Shown here: one piece after another, positions 44,406-58,900 of the stretch
Layout: each line of letters begins with the position of its first letter
How positions within the stretch are numbered: position 1 is the stretch's first letter
Assembly (NCBI RefSeq): GCF_009914755.1
Contig: NC_060931.1
Length of the DNA stretch: 64,000 nucleotides
Direction: 5' to 3' (one strand)
Source of the DNA: the human T2T-CHM13v2.0 reference genome, Homo sapiens
Program-made: the position numbers and the translations under genes
The notes under the pieces: model-generated
What the model saw: the letters and a program-made list of their open reading frames with translations, nothing else
The model's database searches: none
What the model was told of the DNA's origin: nothing

Positions 44406-45682
44406 CTACTTCACCCTTCCAGTATACCATGAGTCTTCTTGGCTGAGGTGAAGTTGGTTAGTTAATAAAAGTTAGTTAAAGAGGATAATTATACAAAATA
44501 ATATATACACTTAACATTAGGTTTTAACTTAAAATATGTCATTGCATGTTCATTCATTAAGCTTTTGATTCATGGCCAAGGCTTTTTCTTCGAGAGTAGA
44601 TCTATTGATCAGAGGTTGCCATTATCTTTCTTGTATGAATCACATTTATAATGCATATTCTACAATGTCCAGTTTGGGATTCTTTAAGTAGAACACAAAC
44701 TTAAAGATCCCTGCAAAAACCTGTGTATTTAGAACCTTTCTATATTTAGTGTTTTTTATTTTATAGCTGTCTCTTCTATGGCCATTTTTTTTTTGTTTGG
44801 TTTTGTTTTAGTGACCTTCCTTTAACTCTTATAGATACAATGTACTTTTTTGTTAACTTTTGTTTTGCTTTTCTTTGATTTCTTAAATTTTTATGAGATA
44901 CACTCCCAAATACAACTGGCAGAAACACGTTTGGGAACAAACATGCCTGACCCTCAATAAGCATACAGTTCAACTAGTGAGAGCAAAAATTCACAGAATG
45001 ACTCACTAGTTGCACGTATTCAATCTTCTGAGAGCATCAGGCAATGTGTTTTATATGGAAATCAGAATCGTCCATCAATCACAAAGTAAATTAAGTGGGA
45101 TCCATTAAGAGGTTTCCTATAATATTTTCTCCCATAGCAAAGTAAAATTGGGAAGGAGATTGCTATCTATCACAGGAACTTAAGTTGTTAGCATCACAAT
45201 GACTGAAGAGACAAAGTATTTAGAAGAGCAGTCCTGGAATTCAAAAAGATCCAGAAACTATTTAGTTTAAGAAAGAATAGACCTGCCTTATTAAATAGAA
45301 GTGACTGAGATTATACCTGAACAATTTCTGAATCATCATCCAAAAACTAAGGCAAAATTATGTTCGGTGTTGTCAATTTAAGGATATAGAACATAGGAAA
45401 ACTGTACAAAGAGTTCCCTCAAGTATATTAAAATAAAATTCTGGCACTTGTGATGTTTGACTCTCTATCATTCACCCTATCCAGTCCCACATTATCTAGT
45501 AGCAAAGCAATTTAGGGAATTGACCCTATCTCTGGAAGTTGGTTCTGATTTGTCTTAGTCAATCATGGATTCCTGTCCTTGTGATTGGTCTGTGCCAACT
45601 TGGTGCAGAAAGTGACTAGGGAAGACTTACCAGTAACTTTTGTGAAATGTTTTCCTTGCTTTTAAAAGAATGCCATGGGAAG

Positions 45683-46084
45683 TGTTTAAAGAAAAACTTC
45701 AGCCAAAATAAATTTAAAGGAGTTTAATTGAGCAATGAACTATTCGTAAATCTGACAGCCTCCTGAGCCAGAGTAGGCTCTGGGACTCCAGTGCAGCCAC
45801 ATGATGGACAAAGATTTATGGACAGAAAAAGGAAAGTGATGTACAGAAAACAGAAGTGAGGTACAGAAACAACTGGATTGGTTATGGTTTGGCGTTTACC
45901 TTGTTTGAACACAGTTCAAACAATTGTCCACATTCGATTGGCCAAAACTCGGCGATTGGCACAAGTGTAGGCTACCACCTGTTTACCCCTCCACTTACAA
46001 TAATACTTCATGATGTACAGAGAAACCCTCAGGCTGAACTTAAAATATGTAAGGAGGCAGCTTTAGGCTAAATTTGATTTAACA
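45683..46084 (-). mobile_element. MER57-family ERV1 solo LTR
   Basis: Minus strand begins TGTTAAATCAAATTTAGCCTAAAGCTGCCTCCTTACATATTTTAAG; perfect TSD GAAG. Confidence 0.88.
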
Positions 46085-46323
46085 GAAGCAATCTATCCTG
46101 AATACAAGTGAAGATGAATAATGCCCAGGTTTTTCCTAAGGGTCCTTTTGTGATCATATGCCTGATGAAAAGTCTAAATACTGATGAATGGAGCTATCAG
46201 AAGACTATAAGATCATAGAGCTGGTGCCGTGATTACAATGTTCCTGAAAATTTGTTCTTCAACTATATGAACAACAAATGCCCTTATTATTTAAACCTGC
46301 TTGGTCAGATTTCTACTTCTTAG

Positions 46324-46636
<313 letters not shown>

Positions 46637-47748
46637 CACTATTTTTTTCAGTATTTAAAAGACCCTTCTTCAATTATATACAAAATAAGCATTCTTTACA
46701 AGAGACAGTTCAGTTTCTATCAATTCAAATAAATTAGCTGCTACTTTAATTTATATGTTAAACTAATAGAATTTGTTACCTCAAGAGGTAACCTAAGCTC
46801 AAATGAATATTTATAGTAGGATTATTAAAGAAAGATGTTTGGGTCAAAAACAACTCTATGATTTATTAACAACCACATTTGGGAGAGTAAACAACAGCCA
46901 CATCTATTCCTAAAACATCCCAAGGGGCCACTGTCAAAACTAGTGTCTTGGAATGCTTGGGCCCAGGGTATGATCGAGGGAGGTATTTCTGAACATTCTT
47001 AGAGATTGGAGCCTTATCAATATAATTAAATATTTCTAGCAGGAATTGATGGCGAACTCACCATGTCAAACACTAAGCTCCACTATTTAGATGTCTTTCC
47101 ACTTGAAATTTTTCGAATAGCTCTATCAAGAATATACATTTCTATTCCAAATGTAAAGAGAAGGAAAAATGGTTATTGAATTTAAATAACTTGTCTAATG
47201 CCACAGAGCTGCTAACTGGCTAACCTGAAATTTGTTATTATTTAACTAGGAAGCTATTCTCTTCATTATGTTTTAATTTTATTTACTTATTTTTAAATTC
47301 ACTCACTAAGAAAAAAAAAACTACGTGGAAGCCAAACATTACAGCATGTATAACTATAATGATTAGAAACATCTACCAGTGCTTTCCTCTCCTGACAGTT
47401 AACTCAGCTTCACTTGTTCTAATAGCATGTACCCTCTCAATGGGCCAAAGGGGCGCTTCTACCTTTTCAAAGAGAAAAGTTTTTTGTTGTAGGTCTCCGG
47501 GAAGTGACAGGTCTACAATAAGTGCATTTCCAATGACTTTACATTAGAGTGACATGGTAAATGTGTAGCATAACAATCCAAAGAGACTTTGAGATTGGCT
47601 CTACTTGAAAACACTATGGAAAATACATCCTTCAAGGTTTAAAAATGTGCGATCAGAAATACAGCTTAACCAAGGTTGTGTCACATGGTCACTATCATTC
47701 TTTAAGAACTACATTGAAAATAGTGTATTTATCATACTTTGAAAACTA

Positions 47749-48376
<628 letters not shown>

Positions 48377-49294
48377 CTATGTATCAAACAGATTATGCTT
48401 CTTTATCATAAATTCATTGCTCAGTGGTTCATTGAGGTGGTTTGGGTACAACATTCAGCCATTGAATTAGAAAAGTAAAGATTAGAAACAAATCAATGGC
48501 CTGGAAAATTGTGTTTATGGATTAAAGAAATAAAAGGAGTATACTCATCACTATTCTGATTCTTAAATTACTAAAGCGGTTTGACATGAGCTCACTCTAA
48601 GCACCACAGGGACATAAGAAAAATAGGTATAATTGGCTCTGCCCTACAGAAGAAAAAATCTAGAATCAAAGCATCTAGTTCAAGGTCACATTATTGAGTA
48701 AAAAGACAGCCTGGAAGAAATACATTTAGTACTCAATCCAGGACGCAACACATCTCCTACTTCTTCATGTGTACACAATTTCTAGTAATGTTAATGCTTC
48801 ATATTAACCAGGCATATAAAACTAAGTTCACATTTCTCAAAGATAAAGTTATACAATTAATAAAATTGTCTTTATCTTATATCTAAAGAAAAAACAGAGG
48901 TGGAAAGATATCACTAAGCCCTAAACATACCATTTAAAACCCTATGCATCTTTAATTAGATCAAAGTAAATAATCTTTTACTTCTACTTCTGCAGTTATT
49001 ATACTATGTGCTCATACTTCTTATCCATGAACCTGGAAAAGACTATCTGAGCAGAGGAAATACCCAGATGTGAGCAAAGGTGGCTTTTGGCCAGTTCATA
49101 CTAACATTCCATTTATTTGCTTCCAAAGAAGAATTCAGGGTCACCAATACGGTATGGCACTTTTCAGTTTTTCTAGTTGGTCTGTCTTTACCTTTTGGCA
49201 AAAACAAAAAACAAAAACCTCATCTTCACAGAGGCCTACTCCTCTATTTACTTGTTGAATGATTTTTAAAATGAAAAGCGCTAAGTCTGTACTC

Positions 49295-49443
49295 CAGAAC
49301 TTCTCTAAAAATGTAGATTCTCTAGTCCTATTCCTGATCTACTGTCTCAAAATTTCTGGTGGGTGAAGCATGGAATATTTATTTTTAATATTTTTAATAA
49401 GGTTCCCAGATGACTGTGCACACTAAAGTTGGAGAATTTCTGC
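49295..49443 (+). mobile_element. MER5-like hAT fossil
   Basis: aaaaatgtagattc...ttcccagatgactgtgcacactaaagttggagaa. Confidence 0.6.
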
Positions 49444-50439
49444 ACTAAAGAATGAAGTCCCATCTGAAACTTTCCCTGCCCAAGTAGTTTTACTCTTAAT
49501 GACCTTCCTTTCTGGCTTTTAGGAGCCAAAGAAAGAATGCTCTCTAGAAATACGAAAAATGATAGAAAAGAAAAACATAGAAGCAGAAACTCTATCAAGA
49601 GAGTGAAAGAGAAAAGAGATTAAAATCCAGTCATGTGCAAAGTGAAACACAGACCCAGAAATATAGAAATGCAAGCAAAAGATAGCTGGACAACATGCCC
49701 AAAACAAAATAGAAAGCTGTATCTGAACATATCTGTCTAATCATAACTAAGTGTGAAACACATGTATCCAAACCTCATCTCTTTGCTTTAGTCTCTTCTT
49801 TAAAAGCAACATGGGTTATTCGGCAGTAATTTTTCTAGTCAACTTGGATGAATGGTCTTGACAATTGTTTTTGTCCTACAGGAAGTATTGAAGTCAAATA
49901 TTTTACTGTTGTTGCTGTTACGACAAAAAGTACTTATTGGGACGTCAAACACACAGTAACAGTCCATTTAAAAATATATCTGATGATTAGGTAGGTCCTT
50001 GTGATAAGATCTATTACAAAGGAAGATGCAGAAGCTGTGTCCAAGAGATCCATGTCTTATCCATGTCTAGCTACTTTGCATTTTAGTGTCTTAAGGCTGA
50101 ATCACACTTGAGAGATTCTCACTTGGCCTTTTTTATAGATGTGGACATTGAAACCAAAAATGTAAATATAACTTAATGACAGAGTTATTTAGTGACTGAG
50201 AAAGGATAAAGCTTGGATTTCCTGACTCATGATACAGCATTCTTTCCTCCTCGCTAGTGTCTCCTCTCTGTAGATCACCAGCCGGATAAGTAGTTGGTTG
50301 TATCAGCTATAAATATGCAAATCATATAGTAAAGTGGAAGGACACAGTTGTGATATCAGCAGACTTATGGAGGAGCAGGAATCATGCTCATGGTGGACTG
50401 TAGTAGGACACATGGCGGAAGTTCAATGGCTGGTAAAGG

Positions 50440-50660
50440 GCTTCCCCGGGTTTGAACCCCCGCTCTGTCGCATCATAGGTGTTTGACCTTGGACAAGTTA
50501 TTGCACTACTCTTTGCCAAAATAGTTTGTTTTTCTAACCTATGGAATGGTGGCTAAGATCCACCTTTGAAAAAGCCAAGGGCAGAAGCTCTACCTCATAG
50601 AGTTTTTATAAGGCTTAAAACATTCAGAACAATGCCCAGCACATAACACCATCATAGGAG
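50440..50660 (+). mobile_element. MIR
   Basis: gggtttgaacccccgctctg...tgaccttggacaagtta...cagaacaatgcccagcacata. Confidence 0.65.
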
Positions 50661-51567
50661 TTTTTAAAATAAATATGTGGTATACTCATACACATTGTAA
50701 ATAGTGTCTCTCAGCTACCTTAGTCCGGGAGGCACTGTTTTCAAGTCTGGCTCCTAACTTTGTCTAACTCCTTCCTTCAGTAATTCAGATATTATTTCCT
50801 GAGCTTCATTTTTTACACAAAATCTCCCTCAAATTGACTAAGATTCGTCTCTCAAATTGTCAAAAAATCAGTTGCTTGTAAAGATCTCCTTTAGTAAGAC
50901 AAATTCTTTTGTAACTTTTGTTTTTGAATTTGGGTTCAACTAACATTCCTTAAGGATCTACCACACTTTTCTGTGTCACTGTGTGCGAGTCTACTGTAAA
51001 TGGAGTTCCTTCCACTCTTACAAGTCTGTAAAAGCAGACAAGGTTATACTAAGTGAAATGGACCCAATTTCATTAGCTCTTGCCTCACTGCCTCAAAGAC
51101 AGACCTTAGTCAGCTCCATACCCCATCCCTAAGCTTATGTCTGGGAACCCTCGGGCATCTCATGTGGGCCCCGCTCTCACGGAGATCCATCACACCACCA
51201 CTACTTCCAGGGAATACCTTGTGAATGCCAAAAACTGGGGAAGATCCATTCTCCCAGATCCCCCAAAGCTGTTGGCCTATTTTTCATGCAGCATCCATGA
51301 TGCTGTCTTTGAAGCAAAATCAGAGAAAATGTTCCTCTCTTCCATAGAGTATCACAATTTGTTACCTGGGGACCAAGAGTGCCCCCTTTACATTGAGTTC
51401 TTGATGTAAAAGGATTCTTCCATTGCTGCCTGCAGCCCTTCTCTCTGCTGGTCTGGGCATAAGTCCTTGAAGCCTGACTGGTGGAGGATGAGACTTTCCC
51501 TACCCTATTTTCTCCTGGCACCTACTTCTTCAGGAAAACAACAACACAAAACCTCAAGCAATTTGGG

Positions 51568-51884
51568 TTTTTTGTTTGGTTTTTGTTTTTGTTTTTTTTT
51601 TTTTTCAGATGGAGTCTTGCTCTGTCTCCAGGCTGGAGTGCAGTGGTGCAATGGGCTCACTGCAACCTCCACCTCCTGGGTTCAAGCCATTCTCCTGCCT
51701 CAGCCTCCTGAGTAGCTGGGATTACAGATGCCTGCCACTATGCCCGGCAAATTTTTGTATTTTTAGTAGAGAAGGGGTTTCACCATGTTGGCCAGGCTGG
51801 TCTCAAACTCCTGACCTCAAGCGATCCACCCGCCTCGGCCTCCTGAATTGCTAGGATTACAGGCGTGAGTCACCACACCTGGCC
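51568..51884 (-). mobile_element. AluS
   Basis: Antisense Alu; TSD ctcaagcaatttg. Confidence 0.95.
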
Positions 51885-54075
51885 GAAATCTCAAGCAATT
51901 TGATTCCCAAGGGCCAGCCCATGCCTTCATCAGACTATTCCCTGACACATCTAAGTCACAGTAGAGGATAGAGAAAGGCATTTGATCTTGACCTCATTGC
52001 TCCTAGATTGCATCTACTTTTTTCCCATATATGATCATCTGAATGGTGTTTATTACAGGGATTTTTTTTTCCATAAAATTTACTTCCAGTGCTTAATCCA
52101 TCTACTATCAATTCTGGGCTTATTACTTTAAAAATCAGTTCTGGGTGATGGATGAATTGAGTCAGAATCATAAATGTGTGCTTGTTCAATACAATAATGG
52201 GTTAAGGTTACATACCCTGTTTTGTAAAATGTTTAAAGCCCAAAGATAAAAGCTGTTCACCTATCACCTTTTCTCACTCACCAGTGATGCCTAATAGCAG
52301 GAGTAAGCTGGGGTGGTCAGGTGGTGGACTGGGAACTTGCTGTCTTGGGAAAAGGAAGGCAAGCTTGTCTTGTTTCTTTGAAGCTGCTGACACTTGGCTT
52401 GCTGGGGACATTGGTTGGACCAGCTAACATTTGCTGTCCATCCCGCTTTAAGGCAATCAAAAAGCCACCCCATCTGTTAACCTTGGCAGTATTTAGCTTG
52501 TAGATCACTCTTAAGTCCCCAGAATGTTTTCATACAGCGGTTAAATTAATGATTCAATCAGCCCAATTAGCTAGATTTTAAATTGTAATACATATCTTAT
52601 CCAAAGCCCAAAAGGAAAGGACTCTATTTGCCTACTCCGGGTTTTCAATTCGAGGCCATTAGTAACTTCATGGCAGTATGGGCTAGTCCATGATCTGATG
52701 GAGACTGGTTTAAATTCACTCTTTTGAGAACATAGAAGTTAGTTGATTTCAGAAGTGCGAACCCCATAATATTTGGTATATTAATAGCTACTAAATGTAT
52801 GCCACTGAGAGAACCTAAGCATTTCATCTGGTTGGCAATTAGATCACATTTAGGATATGATTACTCAGATGGAAAATTAGCTTTATCTTTAAAAAATATC
52901 CTATGTACTGACAACTTAGAGTCTTTGAGGGATAAGTAGATCAGCCATGAAACACAAACATTTGTTGTCACATCAATGGCAAGAAGACTTCCTGGTTTCA
53001 TTTAGGAGGGTTTGATGGTTGTCTTCAAAGTGGTTGGAAGCTTTAACACAATAAACACTTTGAAGCACAATGCTTTGTCATTCTCCTGCCTTAGGCCTGC
53101 CTGTTTCTGGCATAGATTAGCACTGTTTGTCTTTTTTTCCCCTTTCTTTCTTTTTTTCCTTTCTTCCTTTCACAATGGAAGAGTTTCCCTTTAATGATTG
53201 CTTTTGTCCCATGTAAGTACCAAACTTTTTAAATGGTTTTTGGCTGTGGAACTCAACCATGTTGATAAAACTTCATTAATGAAAGGCATTTTCCATGGGA
53301 ACTTTTGTTGCCATATTATAGTATTCGTGTTAGAACATTGGGTCCCCTGTATAACAGTGATGCAGGCACCACCACCACCATGACAGCAGGAATTACAGCA
53401 GGACATTAACTCTAGCCCTGGGTGGCTTTTTCATTGCTGTTTTCCGACAATGATGGGACCTTCTCTCAACACTTCCCCTGATGTGTTCCTGAAGAGAAGT
53501 TAGCTAAACCAAAAAACATTCTTCATCATTTTTGTTCACTCAGTTGGCCTAATATTTCCCAAAACCATCTCCAGATTTCAACTGACAAGTTTTCTGCAAG
53601 AAAGATGCTTCTCTGGTATCTGCTGAGATCATTTGAAATCATGGTAGAACGCCCAGAATTATGGGCTCTTCTTGAAATTGGATATCATCAAACGAGGTAA
53701 TTGTTCATTTCTAAGCAGCCTGAAACAGCTTTGTGGTTCTTTGCTTGTGGACAAACAGTTTGCCTTTCCTATTTTTCTTACTGTAGGCACTAATTACAGA
53801 ACAATTAACAAAAGCCTAAAAGGGTGTAATGGAGAATTTCTAATGAATCCTGACTTATCATGGCTGAAAGAAGACTTGAAGTTGGATTAATGTAGAAACA
53901 CTGGAATTCTACTGAAGGAGCTGGTGCTTGATTTGATAGAAAAAAAGAATTATTACACTGTTCTATTCCCTTTTTCAGTTTGTAAAACTCCTCAGACAAT
54001 TGTTTTCTAAGAAAGGATTAAACTCCTATATGAAATGGATTTTGATTTTAAATGATGACACATTCTCTTTCTCAG

Positions 54076-54172
54076 TCCCATATATATGTGTACAGATATC
54101 ATATATACACACACATAATCATATATATCATGTATACATATGTGTGCATATATATATACATATGTATGCATA
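54076..54172. repeat. Imperfect (TA/CA/TG)n low-complexity tract
   Basis: Alternating purine-pyrimidine run. Confidence 0.75.
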
Positions 54173-54759
54173 TTCAAAGTATTTTTCTATACCTGACTTT
54201 AACTTTGTTTTCTTTCAGTAATTTTCACCTTGATTATGATAATATCCATATAAATTTCATTACAAGGTTACTCGTTTATAATTCAGTGAAGTTTTTACTT
54301 CATCCCTAAAATGTATTCATTATTAAACTTGGCAGGAAATAAAGGCTAATGCAAGTGCTCATGTATGTACCTGCAGGCACACACACACATACATGCACAC
54401 ACAAATGTCCCACTGTCCACAAAGTAAAATAAAGTACTTTGGATTACCCCTAGCAAAATATGAGAATAGCAAGATAAGACAAAGTAATAAATATAAAGCA
54501 AAACTAACAATTCCCATTTTCTAATTTGAAAATAGAAACTTTCCTACTAAAGTAAAAAGCGTTTAGGATAAACTTACATGAACTTGGCATTTCACTTCAA
54601 GATAAGTGCCAGTGAACTATCTGGTGGGTATGAAGTGTCTCTGCGTTAAAAAGTTAGAAGTGACTTCAACACTCAATCCACTCACCCCCCCTTTTTTTTT
54701 ACTACATAAGAAAATTAACACAAAAATGCAATTATGGAAGAACAAAAAGAAAATTAACT

Positions 54760-54945
54760 TTAGATTTGAATATAGACCTGGGTTGGAATTTTAATTCCAA
54801 TTAATGTTACTCAATCATGCCTCAGATTCATCTGTAAAAGCAGCAATAACACCTATTGTGCAGGGTAGTTAAAACAATGATATGTGAATATCAAATGAGG
54901 CCATACATGGGATATTCCTGGTCCAAATGAGCAGTTTTGGAAGTT
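54760..54945 (+). mobile_element. MIR remnant just downstream of the INHBA poly(A) site
   Basis: agacctgggttggaatttt...gcctcagattcatctgtaaaa...taacaccta. Confidence 0.6.
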
Positions 54946-55479
54946 ACTTTCTCCATATAAACTCTGAGATGGGCACAGATAATAGAGAAAAATTATAGAA
55001 GAAAAGGTCGACCTATCAATTAATGTTTGACCTTACTTCTGTAATTCCAAATTCCAACTCTGTTGGTCCCGGTAATAAGACTAAGTACATTTTTCCCCAT
55101 GTATATAGATCTCTAGCTCTAGTTGCTCCATGCATTTCCAGTTTTCTAGCTAGAAAGGAAAGGAGGAAGAAGGAAAGAGGGAGGGAAGGAATGAATATCT
55201 CTTCATTTCCTGTGAGTAGTTGCCACTACACTTGAAGAAATGGGAAATCAACAAAAGAATAAAATATAAATATTGCTGATCCAAGCATCTGCAGCCCATT
55301 ACCAGCCTCTGCCATGGCAAAATCTATTCTTTTTCTACTTGAGCTCTCTCACTCCAGCTTTTGTTATCTCCCACATTCAGTCTGTTTCTCATCCTCTTCT
55401 GGATAATTACAGTAAAAACAAAATTATCACCCAGCAAAGGATGTGTCAATATGTGTGCAAAGTTGATCATGGAAAATAA

Positions 55480-55595
55480 ATAAGACATAAAATAAAAATA
55501 AAAATAAAAAATACATCCCAAACAGGTCTTTTTATTTAACATAAGGCCAAAGAAGCTATCAGGCGTTGCTGAATACTGTCCACTAACTGTACAAA
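55480..55595 (-). terminator. INHBA: Distal cleavage/polyadenylation signal
   Basis: AATAAA on the minus strand (tttatt 55531-55536), upstream UGUA (tgtaca 55588-55593), downstream GU/U-rich element (minus GGGATGTATTTTTATTTTTATTTTATTTTATGT). Confidence 0.8.
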
Positions 55596-55848
55596 ATATT
55601 GACTGCATGCCTCGCAAACACCAAAATATCCGCTGGAATGCCATAGAAATAAATAACTTCTGCTATAAACACATGAAAACATATCAAACTGTTATCTCTT
55701 TAAACATATTGTAAATAAAAAAATTACCAGTACTTCTACACAATAAATATTAAGAAACCATTGACATAGTTGAAATGCACTCATATAAATTAACAACTTT
55801 AATTACATTAGCCAAACAGACATTGGTTAAAGAACTGCATGTAGTATG

Positions 55849-55918
55849 CAAAACAAAACAAAACAAAACAAAAAACAAAGTAAAAAACCAACAAAATAGA
55901 AACAAACAAACAAACAAC
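55849..55918. repeat. (CAAAA)n/(AAAC)n tract, U-rich (UUUG) in the mRNA
   Basis: Read directly. Confidence 0.85.
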
Positions 55919-58900
55919 ATCAACCACAGAACATAAAAAGTTTTAAAATAAAACAGGCTTCAGATTATCTTGGCTTTCATAATTATATTTTTCTTTTAAA
56001 GAAAAATATCAACCCATTGTCAATGCACTGTTTTTCAAAGCATTTAAATAGAGGGTAAAACCCTTTGGAAATTAATACAGAAGAAATGATTCACTTTATG
56101 CATAAAAAATAAATAATAATATAGCTGAGACATGTGGTTTGCTTCTGCTCTTGAAGATGTGAACAGCTTCTAAGCATTCATTTTCTCTGACCCATACAAC
56201 AGCTTCTCAGTGATACAGGGTTTAATTTAAACACATACAATGTCCACCCCCAAACCTTCTGCCCACATCTACAAGTTTTATTTATTTTGTGGGTTTTCAG
56301 GGTGACTAAGTTTTTCCCTACATTGAAAAGAGAAGTTGCCAAAAGGTGCACAGGAAATCATTTTTTTAAGTGAATATGATAATATGGGTCCGTGCTTAAT
56401 ACAACTGAGACATATTTGTTCTCTGTTTTTTTAGAGTCACCTCTTAAAGTCCAATCCCACAATGGTGAAAAAAAAATAGAAAGTATTTGTTCTACCTTTA
56501 AGGAGACTGCAGGGATTCTCCTTGAAAACGGAGTATGGAATCAATCTTAAATAAATATGAAATTGGTTGGTCTTCTGGGATAAGAAATTCCCAACTCAGT
56601 GTGCTGAAATTCACCTGACTTTTTTGGAAAAAATAGTCGAAAATGTCAATTTGGTCCATAAAATACATGTTACTATTAAAAGATATTTAAAGACAAATTC
56701 TTTTCAGAGCTTCTAAGATTGGTGTGGGCAGATTTTTAAGAGCCTAGAGTTTAGTCTTAGAGAAAGAGTGAGGAGATAGTAAGGTTAGATAGAGCCACTG
56801 AGTTTCAAGAAAAAAACATACTACTAAGAATCCCATATGTTATAATTTAAAGCCTTTACTTTTGGCCTCATGCTGCTAGGTGAAAGAGTGGTTGTTCACA
56901 GGACTTGTATTTTCCAAGATGATTAAAGATGGTAAAATACTATCTTTCAATGTTATCAAAAAATGGTAGCAACTTATACTTCTATTTCAAAGCCATATAA
57001 ATTTAACAAAATTAAAGTTTGTGGGTGTTTGATAACCCAATCACTCAATATCCAATTAAAATATGGAATAAGTTTCAAATAAAATATGGAATTACATTTC
57101 TCTGCTTCTGATAACTGTGGTCACTAATCAACCCCCATGTTATCCCCGATATGTCTAGGACTTAGCTTAAAAAGATAGCAGATGTATTTGAGATGAGTGG
57201 GAACTATACATGGGTATCAGCTTTCTTGGTAAATTTCTGCTTTTTCCATGGCCTTGACCATCTTTGCTACTGCGCAGTGAACCAGGACTTAATTTCTCAC
57301 ACTGTTTCTGCAGGTTCCGGTACCAAAGAAGATGCAGTTCAAAATACTGCCAGTTTTCCAAGAAATTTTGTAAAGTTGAACATGGCCATCTACTCTTGCC
57401 TTAAAACTTTTCTCACCACACCCACCTTCCCACATGCATGATATCCAAGGTCGACAGACCTGGATTAGAATCCACTCTCAAGCTTCTCATGCAGTGCGTA
57501 TTGTATTTTCTGCATAAGAAAGGGCTGCCTCTAGAACACAGTAAGTGTATTTGCCCAGTAGTGACATTGCCTACATATAGCCAAGTGTTATAGTATACCA
57601 ACTTAGTATATTTTTCAAGGAGAGCTAAACCACCTTTTGTAATGTTTGGTTTCTCACTGTTATCTTCCTTTCCTATAATTAATTTATTTTAATCTACAAA
57701 TTGACATAGGGCTAAAAGCTTCAATATTTTACAAAATATTAATTAATGTAATTGTTCCCAATTATTAGAAACTTTTTTCCATTTTTCAAAATGTTTGCCA
57801 ACTTCACACAAGTGTGTAAAAATAGGGCTCTGGATTTTCAAAAGCACATACATGAATAATTTATTAGCTATTCCAGGCAAGCTAAGTACTAGAATAAACT
57901 AGATAAAAACTTGGCTTTAAGCATGTACTTTGATATTTATAAAACAAAGGTGTTTTTTTTTCATTTCTGCATCTGAATCAATACAAATTTACACATGAAG
58001 AATTTTGGCTGTAAATTAAAATTTTAGAGATTTTTACTACTGCCCTCACCTCTGCCTCCTCTTAACTGTTCTCTTCCTTACTCTCCCTCTCTTAACACTT
58101 TCTCTCAAATTAATTATCTTTTAGTTAGTGATGACATTATTTTTCCCAGCTGGTACAGGTAATATTTCTCACAACCAAGCCTTAATCATTTTTAAAAAAT
58201 ACACTCAACTCTAATTCTGGCCTAAATATTATTTTTCTGAAAAAGCTTCTGATTTAAGATTGATTCCAATAGACACTAAGTTGGAAAAACATCAGCCCAG
58301 AGTTTTGATTATCATCCTGTTTTCCCCACAGGGGATAACTTGTAGAAGTGGGAGGGGGCACAAAAAAGAGGAGGAAATTTGATCCCTGTACAATGAAAGA
58401 GGGCCTTGCTGAATATTCACTGGAATTTCCAGGCTTTTTCCCATCCGAATTTTTGAAATGCGCCCACCTAGTTCAGAGTAAAAGCAAAAACTATAGCCTA
58501 TCCTTCTTAAAAATACTGTGTTTTGCACACAAACATTCATTGCTTTAAGAACATTAAAAAATGACAGCCTGAAGTGCTTAAAATGTGTATGGACATGGTA
58601 CAATACATGTATATATACATACAGATATGCATATGCACAAGCAATGTATATATACACATACAAGCATGTAGTTCCATGAATTTGATTGAACTTGATATCC
58701 AACAGTGTACAACTACTGTACATCCAGTATGAAATGTCCTGTTTCATGGATGTAAAAGGAGTCAAAAACCAAACTTCTCAGGTCTTTTAAGCCTGAACAC
58801 AATCCACACTACTCAACCTTGAATCCCAACCCCTGACTCATTGATGGTGAATGATACCAACCACAGACAGACTGTTTAAAGGCTCACACAAATGTCTTTG

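Noticed and set aside
58292-58765. 157-aa ORF within the 3' UTR
   Set aside because: Non-ATG start, runs through a TA/TG low-complexity tract, no domain.
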